The notes under the pieces are model-generated. The model ran no database searches and had not been told where the DNA came from. It saw only the letters and a program-made list of their open reading frames with translations. DNA of 38,217 nucleotides from a virus (Duplodnaviria > Heunggongvirae > Uroviricota > Caudoviricetes): positions 1 through 38,217 of IMG/VR virus record IMGVR_UViG_2547132077_000001. One strand, written 5' to 3'. Positions within the stretch are counted from its first letter, which is position 1; every line of letters begins with the position of its first letter. Position numbers and translations under genes: made by a program. Shown in pieces: positions 32,161-38,217 of this stretch.

Positions 32161-32457
32161 ATGGAATTTAAAGGTACTGAAGGTAAGTGGGAAATAATGA
32201 TGGATGGCGATGAGATTAAAATCATCCAGGCAGACTCACTTGAAAATGGCGCAGGCTGGCGTTCGTATATTGCAATCTGTGAGGAAGTTCAATGCATTGA
32301 AGATGCCAATCTAATAGCGGCAGCACCTGACCTTCTCGAAGCACTTCAGTTATTACTTAAGCAAACCAAAAATAGAACAACGACAACATATCCAGAATGG
32401 TATGGAGCTGTTAATAAAGGTCTCGCAGCAATAAGAAAAGCTCTTGGGGATAAGTAA
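32161..32457 (+). CDS. Hypothetical early protein
   Basis: 98-aa ORF with RBS AGAGG, co-oriented in the PL operon. Confidence 0.55.
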   Translation: MEFKGTEGKWEIMMDGDEIKIIQADSLENGAGWRSYIAICEEVQCIEDANLIAAAPDLLEALQLLLKQTKNRTTTTYPEWYGAVNKGLAAIRKALGDK

Positions 32458-32740
32458 TGAAAGTAAAAATAACTGCTTCTAATACCAGTTTGTTAGTGTT
32501 GGTGATATTACAGAAGTAATAACAAACCATGATGGAACACAAGTTATGTGGTCTGATTTTTGTAAAAGATATGAGCGAGTCACTTGGTGTAAACTCGTAT
32601 GGGGCGTCGAATACGAAGAATTACCTTGAAATGCATGACGAATAAGCACTGTGTATTCATTCCAACGAGTGAATACACGGAGCAATGTCGCTCGTAACTA
32701 AACAGGAGCCGACTTGTTCTGATTATTGGAAATCTTCTTT

Positions 32741-32768
32741 GCCCTCCAATGTGAGGGCAGTTTTTTTT
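32741..32768 (+). terminator. Intrinsic terminator in the PL operon (tL-like)
   Basis: GCCCTC-caatgt-GAGGGC hairpin followed by AGTTTTTTTT. Confidence 0.7.
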
Positions 32769-32781
32769 GACGGAGTAAACG

Positions 32782-33030
32782 ATGATAAAAACTGATTACC
32801 CTGCAGAGCTTAAACAAAAAGTAATAACAGCAATTAAATACTCTTTTATCTCATGTCGTACAGATGAAGAACGATATGTCGTTGAGTGTGCAATTGTCGA
32901 GTTTCTCACAGCGATGGAATTTACCGCTGCAGAATCAATAGATGTATTAAAGCAATCAGACGGAAATGATATTGAAACGGATGATGTTATTGACCGACTA
33001 ATAAAATCATTCGAAGAAGAAATAGAGTAG
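32782..33030 (+). CDS. Hypothetical early protein (acidic)
   Basis: 82-aa ORF with RBS GGAG, just after the terminator. Confidence 0.55.
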   Translation: MIKTDYPAELKQKVITAIKYSFISCRTDEERYVVECAIVEFLTAMEFTAAESIDVLKQSDGNDIETDDVIDRLIKSFEEEIE

Positions 33031-33113
33031 CCGCCTGAGCGCGGCTTTACCGCATACCAATAATGCTTCACGAGAGGCATTTTCGTTATGCAATCAAATA
33101 TAAGGAGTTACCC

Positions 33114-33248
33114 ATGATGCACTTTCAGCTCGCGGGTAGCGGCGTCATGTCCGCTTTCTACCCGCACGAATCTGAATTATCACGCCGAGTTAAACAATTA
33201 ATCAGAGCAGCAAAGAAACAACTGGAGGCGTTATGCGCAATGAAATAG
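33114..33248 (+). CDS. CIII-like protein (candidate FtsH inhibitor)
   Basis: Start at the internal ATG after RBS AGGAG; MMHFQLAGSGVMSAFYPHESELSRRVKQLIRAAKK loosely resembles the lambda CIII / P22 C3 core (..AG....ESLL.RITRKLR..); precedes the kil-like ORF as in P22. Confidence 0.5.
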   Translation: MMHFQLAGSGVMSAFYPHESELSRRVKQLIRAAKKQLEALCAMK

Positions 33249-33385
33249 CCATCAATCACCAGATGCTTCGTGCAGCACAAAACAAAGCAGTAATAGCCAG
33301 ATTTATTGGTGATTCCAAAATGTGGCTTGAAGCAAATAAAGCGATGAAATCAGCGATCAACATTCCGTGGTATCGCAGGAAATGA
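33233..33385 (+). CDS. Kil-like small protein (candidate cell-division inhibitor)
   Basis: 50-aa ORF not in the track; RBS GGAGG; IARFIGDSKMWLEANKAMKSAI resembles lambda Kil IATFIGDEKMFREAVDAYKKWI as recalled. Confidence 0.5.
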   Translation: MRNEIAINHQMLRAAQNKAVIARFIGDSKMWLEANKAMKSAINIPWYRRK

Positions 33386-33460
33386 GTTTTACAGATAACT
33401 GGTCAGACGAAGAATTCATTCGTCAGATGAAAGAATTAATCGGTAACGAAGGAGATATTC

Positions 33461-33631
33461 ATGTCACTTGCAACCACAGTGAAGGAGAGCAAGTTACAGA
33501 GACGCATGTACACGCAGAAAGCTCTCTGGTATCGCCATAATGGCGACCGCGAAGGAATGCGGGTATGCCTTAATTTGTCCCGAGTCGAAGTATTAAATCA
33601 GCGTTATTTCCTTGGGCCGTGTCCATTCTGA
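33461..33631 (+). CDS. Small hypothetical protein
   Basis: 56-aa ORF not in the track; strong RBS AAGGAGA 7 nt before the ATG; lies just upstream of the annealing-protein gene, where P22 has arf. Confidence 0.4.
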   Translation: MSLATTVKESKLQRRMYTQKALWYRHNGDREGMRVCLNLSRVEVLNQRYFLGPCPF

Positions 33632-33639
33632 GGTGAATT

Positions 33640-34347
33640 ATGGATTTGAACAAATTCGATGAGCCATTCTGCCCTGAAGATATCGAATGGCGAATACAGC
33701 AAAGCGGTAAAACACGCGATGGCAAGGTATGGGCTATGGTGCTGGCTTATGTAACGAACAGGGCAATCATGAAACGCCTGGACGATGTTTGTGGCAAAGC
33801 AGGATGGCGCAATGAATACCGCGATATTCCCAACAACGGCGGAGTTGAATGCGGCATATCAATAAAGATTGATTCCGAATGGGTAACCAAATGGGATGCT
33901 GCTGAAAACACGCAGGTAGAAGCCGTCAAAGGTGGTCGTTCCGGTGCAATGAAGCGCGCTGCCGTTCAGTGGGGAATCGGTCGGTATCTGTATAACATTG
34001 AGGAAGGTTTCGCACAAACATCTCTCGATAAAAAGCAGGGATGGCACAGGGCAAAACTCAAGGATGGAACAGGATTTTACTGGCTCCCTCCATCGCTGCC
34101 GGGATGGGCAATCCCAGCATCAGATAACAAACCATCACCAGAAAATACCAACCAGAAATCTCCATCGGTTGACTGCGAGCAAATCCTGAAAGACTTCAGC
34201 GATTATGCGTCAACAGAAACTGACAAGAAAAAACTCATCGAGCGTTATCAGCGTGACTGGCAATTAATGGCTGGCAACGAGGAGGCGCAGGCTAAATGCG
34301 TTCAGGTAATGAACATCAGAGTTAACGAACTAAAACAGGCGGCATAA
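33640..34347 (+). CDS. Rad52-family single-strand annealing protein (recombinase)
   Basis: 235 aa; KGGRSGAMKRAAVQWGIGRYLY resembles the conserved Rad52/Sak DNA-binding motif; directly upstream of ssb. Confidence 0.75.
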   Translation: MDLNKFDEPFCPEDIEWRIQQSGKTRDGKVWAMVLAYVTNRAIMKRLDDVCGKAGWRNEYRDIPNNGGVECGISIKIDSEWVTKWDAAENTQVEAVKGGRSGAMKRAAVQWGIGRYLYNIEEGFAQTSLDKKQGWHRAKLKDGTGFYWLPPSLPGWAIPASDNKPSPENTNQKSPSVDCEQILKDFSDYASTETDKKKLIERYQRDWQLMAGNEEAQAKCVQVMNIRVNELKQAA

Positions 34348-34821
34348 ATGGCAAGCAGAGGCGTAAATAAGGTGATCATTATTGGTCGCCTTGGGCATGG
34401 TCCAGAAATCAGATATTCACCATCAGGAACGGCATTTGCAAACCTTACCGTTGCTACGTCAGAACAATGGCGTGATAAGCAAACTGGAGAGCAAAAGGAG
34501 CAGACGGAGTGGCACCGCGTGGTAATGAGCGGGAAACTGGCAGAAATTGCCAGCGAATATCTGCGAAAAGGCTCTGAGGTTTATCTTGAAGGAAAATTGC
34601 GGACAAGAAAATGGCAGGATCAAAGCGGACAGGATCGGTTCACTACCGAAGTTATCGTAGGCGTTGGTGGAACCATGCAAATGCTTGGTGGCAAGCAAGG
34701 AGGCAATGAACAGTCTTCACCTCAGCGAAATAACGGTCAGCAACAAAGACAGCAACCTCAGCAGCATGGAAATCACAGCGAACCACCTATGAACTTCGAC
34801 GATTCGGATATTCCGTTCTAG
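34348..34821 (+). CDS. ssb: Single-stranded DNA-binding protein
   Basis: 157 aa; OB-fold N-terminal part, Gly/Gln-rich linker, acidic C-terminal tail DDSDIPF. Confidence 0.9.
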   Translation: MASRGVNKVIIIGRLGHGPEIRYSPSGTAFANLTVATSEQWRDKQTGEQKEQTEWHRVVMSGKLAEIASEYLRKGSEVYLEGKLRTRKWQDQSGQDRFTTEVIVGVGGTMQMLGGKQGGNEQSSPQRNNGQQQRQQPQQHGNHSEPPMNFDDSDIPF

Positions 34822-34830
34822 GAGCTGAAT

Positions 34831-35310
34831 ATGAAAATCTGCTCAAGATGCCATCAACAGAAGGAAGAAAGGGACTTTCAAATCAGAAGAGCATCCAGAG
34901 ATGGATTAACTGCCGCTTGCCGGGCTTGCCTGGCTGAATACGACAAAGAACGCGCTGGATTGCCACATCGAGTATTAGCAAGGAGAGAATATCAATCATC
35001 GGAACGCGGCAGAGAACGGTGTAACGCAGCCAAAAAGCGATTCATTCAGAGCAACCCATGGAAAAGAAAAGCCCACATCATCGTGGGTAATTTTTTGCGC
35101 GACGGTAAGCTAATCCGACCACCACAATGTGAGTGCTGCGGATCAGAATGTAAACCACAGGCGCACCACTGCGACTACAGCAAACCAACCGATGTGATGT
35201 GGCTCTGCAAGTCATGTCATGTCGAGTGGCACAAACATAACAAACCTATCTACCCAGACGAGGAACCAGTAACTCTCCCCTTCCCTCGTCACGCTATTCA
35301 CGCAATTTAA
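34831..35310 (+). CDS. Cys/His-rich putative HNH-type nuclease
   Basis: 159 aa with CxxC pairs and AHHCDYSKPTDVMWLCKSCHVEWH (HNH-like); RBS AGGAG. Confidence 0.6.
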   Translation: MKICSRCHQQKEERDFQIRRASRDGLTAACRACLAEYDKERAGLPHRVLARREYQSSERGRERCNAAKKRFIQSNPWKRKAHIIVGNFLRDGKLIRPPQCECCGSECKPQAHHCDYSKPTDVMWLCKSCHVEWHKHNKPIYPDEEPVTLPFPRHAIHAI

Positions 35311-35323
35311 TCAGGAGAAAATC

Positions 35324-35620
35324 ATGCCAGCGCCTCAGTATGGTGCGGATGACCCGCGCCGCTGTTCCGGCAATTCCGTATCGGAGGTGCTGGATAAATT
35401 CAGAAAAAACTACGATCGGATAATGTCTCTACCGCAGGAAACGAAAGATGAAAAGGAATTTCGCCACTGTATATGGCTTGCAGAGAAAGAAGAGCGCGAG
35501 CGAATTTACCAGACATCAATCCGACCATTCCGCAAAGCCACATATACCCACTTCCCTGAATATATCGACCCGCGCCTGCGTAATTACCGCTCACGCTATG
35601 GCGCTATCAGTAATGACTGA
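35324..35620 (+). CDS. Hypothetical early protein; possibly P22 Abc2-like anti-RecBCD protein (tentative)
   Basis: 98 aa; RBS AGGAG; size and position downstream of the recombinase and ssb match P22 abc2. Assignment is by synteny and size only. Confidence 0.6.
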   Translation: MPAPQYGADDPRRCSGNSVSEVLDKFRKNYDRIMSLPQETKDEKEFRHCIWLAEKEERERIYQTSIRPFRKATYTHFPEYIDPRLRNYRSRYGAISND

Positions 35621-35630
35621 GGAATTTACC

Positions 35631-35795
35631 ATGAGAGGACTTGCATACAATCCCGGCATTCTTCCGGCAGAAATGATTATTCGCCAACGCGTAAAGCCAA
35701 TGCCATCGAGAGAGGAATTGCTTAAGAGAAATTCTTTTCCATCAGTGAATCAAAACAAATATCTGAATGCGATGTGGCGGAGTGGGAAAAAATGA
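35631..35795 (+). CDS. Small hypothetical protein
   Basis: Start at the internal Met (MRGLAYNPG...) with RBS GAGGA; the upstream part of the track ORF overlaps the previous gene in another frame. Confidence 0.45.
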   Translation: MRGLAYNPGILPAEMIIRQRVKPMPSREELLKRNSFPSVNQNKYLNAMWRSGKK

Positions 35796-36313
35796 AACAA
35801 ATGTCACTAATTGAGATGGATGGTTTTCTGAAAGGTAAATGCATCCCAAGTGATTTAAAGGTTAACGAAACAAACGCTGAATATCTTGTCCGTAAGTTCG
35901 GTGAACTTGAATCAAAACTCAACGAGCAGCGTGAGTATTACGAAGGTGTTATCTCGGATGGGAGTAAGCGTATTGCTGAACTGGAGAAAAGCGAAGAGCA
36001 ACTCATCAGCGAGCGTGATCATGCTGAGTCTGCTTTAGCTGATATGTATTTTGCAGCAACCGGGGATAGGCCGGAGTGGAGCAACTTGTTCGGCTTTTCA
36101 GATGCTGTAGATGCCGTGGTTGACAGAATTGCTGATTTAGAAGCTAAACAGCCATCGCCAGTAGTACCGGAAGGACTGATTAAAGCGGTGCGTTTTTATG
36201 AGCAGGTAAAACGTGAGAACCCGCCAGTCGAAACCGGAGCATGGAAAGACGCTGTTGACTGGGTGCTCAAAGAGGCTTGCCCGGCTGTAAACATTGGCAT
36301 CAAAGGAGAGTGA
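35792..36313 (+). CDS. Hypothetical early protein
   Basis: ATG overlaps the previous stop (ATGA); about 173 aa, predicted coiled coil in the middle. Confidence 0.55.
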   Translation: MKQMSLIEMDGFLKGKCIPSDLKVNETNAEYLVRKFGELESKLNEQREYYEGVISDGSKRIAELEKSEEQLISERDHAESALADMYFAATGDRPEWSNLFGFSDAVDAVVDRIADLEAKQPSPVVPEGLIKAVRFYEQVKRENPPVETGAWKDAVDWVLKEACPAVNIGIKGE

Positions 36314-36314
36314 T

Positions 36315-36524
36315 ATGGCTATCGCTGCAAGTTACACCATGCATCTCTATTGTGACTGCCGCCAGTGTACGGAAGGTGTATATCCAGTGCCAGACTTCGG
36401 TGAGTATATCGGTACGTCATGGTCTGGTTGTGCAAAAGAGGCCCGTAAAGACGGGTGGCGAATAAGTAAAGACAAAACACGTGCTTTTGCGCCCGGGCAT
36501 AAAGTTTTGAGGATTAACAAATGA
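36315..36524 (+). CDS. Small Cys-rich hypothetical protein
   Basis: Start at the internal Met (MAIAASYTMHLYCDCRQC...) preceded by RBS AAGGAGAG. Confidence 0.5.
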   Translation: MAIAASYTMHLYCDCRQCTEGVYPVPDFGEYIGTSWSGCAKEARKDGWRISKDKTRAFAPGHKVLRINK

Positions 36525-37291
36525 CCACTATTACCAAAGAGCGACTGCTGACAATCAAGCAGTGGCACGAAACATACGGACCTGGTAGCAACGTTGTACT
36601 GCCAGCAGAAGAAGCGGAAGAACTGGCACGAATTGCTCTGGCAGCGCTGGAAGCAGATCCAGTTGCTTATATTTTCAAACATCCGGCCGGGAAATTATTC
36701 TGGGCTTTAACGGATGAAAGCAATAAAGATCAATCGGACGTTATTCCTGTTTATGCCGCCCCTCCAGTGCCAGTAGTACCTGAAGAAAAACCAATGCCTA
36801 ACCCTCTTAAAATGTACGCGGTCGATGCTGTTGCCGCTATTGCAGAGGTGAGAGGCTGGAACTCCTGCCGCGCCGCTATGCTTCAGGGTAGCCAACCTGT
36901 AAGCCAAACTTACAAGTTTCCAGTTAATACACCTTGCCAAGATGCGCCAGCCCATATCTGGCTGCAAACAGCTGGAGTATGGCCAGAAGATGGCGAGTTA
37001 AGCGAATTAACGTGGTGCAGCCACAATCAGCACCATGATGACACGCTATATGTTCGAGCTGACTTGGTAAATGGCAATTCTCCGGTAACTCCGGATAGTT
37101 GGATAAGCTGTAGTGAGCGAATGCCCCCTCAAGATGATTGGATTTTAATTTATTCAAAGCACGGCGAGTATATGGCAGGACAGGTACAAGGGGAATACGT
37201 GGAGTTGAGCGACGGCACTTTATCGTGGTTAGGGAACGCCTTGTTCTGGATGCCGCTACCGGAACCGCCGCAGGAGGTTAACCGTGGCTAA
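36521..37291 (+). CDS. Hypothetical protein with a C-terminal DUF551-like region
   Basis: 256 aa; ATGA overlap with the previous gene; C-terminal WISCSERMPPQDDWILIYSKHGEY resembles the DUF551 motif common in enterobacterial prophage early regions. Confidence 0.6.
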   Translation: MTTITKERLLTIKQWHETYGPGSNVVLPAEEAEELARIALAALEADPVAYIFKHPAGKLFWALTDESNKDQSDVIPVYAAPPVPVVPEEKPMPNPLKMYAVDAVAAIAEVRGWNSCRAAMLQGSQPVSQTYKFPVNTPCQDAPAHIWLQTAGVWPEDGELSELTWCSHNQHHDDTLYVRADLVNGNSPVTPDSWISCSERMPPQDDWILIYSKHGEYMAGQVQGEYVELSDGTLSWLGNALFWMPLPEPPQEVNRG

Positions 37292-37565
37292 CCTGCAACT
37301 TGCCGTCAAAGGTGAATACTTCGATGCCATGATTCGCAGAGAGAAAACGGAAGAGTATCGCCTGTGTAATGACTATTGGAATAAGCGCCTCGTTAACCGT
37401 AAGTATGACCGCCTGATTATCACAAAGGGATATCCGAAGCGCGACGATTCCAGCCGCAGAATTGACGTTCCGTATGGCGGCTATGAAATCAAGACAATCA
37501 CACATCCGCACTTCGGCGATAAACCGGTAAAGGTGTACGCGATAAAGGTGAATATTGATGGCTAA
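37284..37565 (+). CDS. ASCH/DUF3850-like small protein
   Basis: GTG start with RBS AGGAGG; 93 aa; pattern YFDAMIRREKTEEYRLCND resembles ASCH-like beta-barrel proteins. Confidence 0.5.
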   Translation: MANLQLAVKGEYFDAMIRREKTEEYRLCNDYWNKRLVNRKYDRLIITKGYPKRDDSSRRIDVPYGGYEIKTITHPHFGDKPVKVYAIKVNIDG

Positions 37566-37676
37566 ATTAGTAGCATAGCATAAAGATGCTTGCATTAATG
37601 AAGTGTGTATAATAACGCCTCATCAATAGTAAACTACTGAAATAGCAAAAAATGCATATTAAAGAGGATTCGAAAA

Positions 37677-37868
37677 TTGAAAATGTTCATGCAAATAGAC
37701 AGACGCATAGATATTAATGGCAATTCATACTTAGTTAGATGCGAAGAGAGGCCTAACGGTGAGTGGCGTGTATATGATATTGACCGTAAGATCAATATCA
37801 GCACCATGAACAAAGACACTGCCTTTGATGAATGGAAAGCTGAAGCTAAAAAACAACATAATTCGTAG
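37677..37868 (+). CDS. Small hypothetical protein
   Basis: 63-aa ORF after an AT-rich intergenic region containing TATAAT (37608-37613); start ambiguous (TTG at 37677 or ATG at 37683). Confidence 0.4.
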   Translation: MKMFMQIDRRIDINGNSYLVRCEERPNGEWRVYDIDRKINISTMNKDTAFDEWKAEAKKQHNS

Positions 37869-37948
37869 AATTACAAATACCCTAACCAATTGATGGATTT
37901 CTTTTATCTGAACTCGCTACGGCGAGTTTTGTTTTATGGAGATGATAA

Positions 37949-38116
37949 ATGCACTTCCGAGTTACAGGTGAATGGAATGGAGAACCATTCAACAGAGTTA
38001 TCGAAGCAGAGAACATCAATGACTGCTATGACCACTGGATGCTGTGGGCGCAGATAGCACATGCAGAAGTAACCAATATTCGAATTGAAGAACTGAAAGA
38101 ACACCAAGCCGCCTGA
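37949..38116 (+). CDS. Small hypothetical protein
   Basis: 55-aa ORF not in the track, followed immediately by an intrinsic terminator. Confidence 0.4.
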   Translation: MHFRVTGEWNGEPFNRVIEAENINDCYDHWMLWAQIAHAEVTNIRIEELKEHQAA

Positions 38117-38128
38117 TGGCGGTTTTTT
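38107..38128 (+). terminator. Intrinsic terminator
   Basis: GCCGCC-tgat-GGCGG hairpin followed by TTTTTTT. Confidence 0.65.
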
Positions 38129-38217
38129 TGGGGGTAGTAGATGGATGCAATTCACATTGTATCAATAACATGCAATGCAATTCAGATAGTTTCTTGCATT
38201 ATCTTTGTTTTCTCAAT

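Noticed and set aside
33382-33540. 52-aa ORF overlapping the 33461..33631 ORF in another frame
   Set aside because: Weaker RBS spacing than the overlapping candidate; cannot be ruled out, but not reported as a feature.

Overview
This window is almost entirely one mosaic lambdoid prophage of the P22/Sf6 type (short-tailed, enterobacterial), lying inverted relative to the conventional phage map. All calls rest on reading the ORF translations and DNA motifs by eye and on recalled protein sequences; no database search was run. Left to right: a frameshifted acyltransferase-3 (O-antigen acetylase-like) gene converging on the tailspike; the P22 immI region (ant, arc, mnt with both operators); a minus-strand virion block (three ejection proteins, gp14, tail needle, gp10, gp4, Sf6-type coat, scaffold, portal, large and small terminase); rha; a lambda-identical S/R/Rz/Rz1 lysis cassette with PR' and Q; a nin region (NinB, Dam-like methylase, NinE, NinF, an inserted HNH endonuclease, YbcO-like protein, RusA, NinH); a primase-helicase plus O-like initiator with internal iterons; cII; a phage 434 immunity core (cro, three exact OR operators, cI); lambda N with nutL/nutR; and an early-left region with cIII-like, Kil-like, Rad52-type annealing protein, SSB and several small unknown ORFs. 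Integrase and attachment sites are not in the window. The most interesting feature is a set of small signal-peptide proteins in lysogen-expressed moron slots: two clear paralogs, one after mnt and one fused to the cI stop codon, plus an unrelated secreted protein coupled to mnt. No CRISPR array, tRNA, rRNA or IS element was seen.
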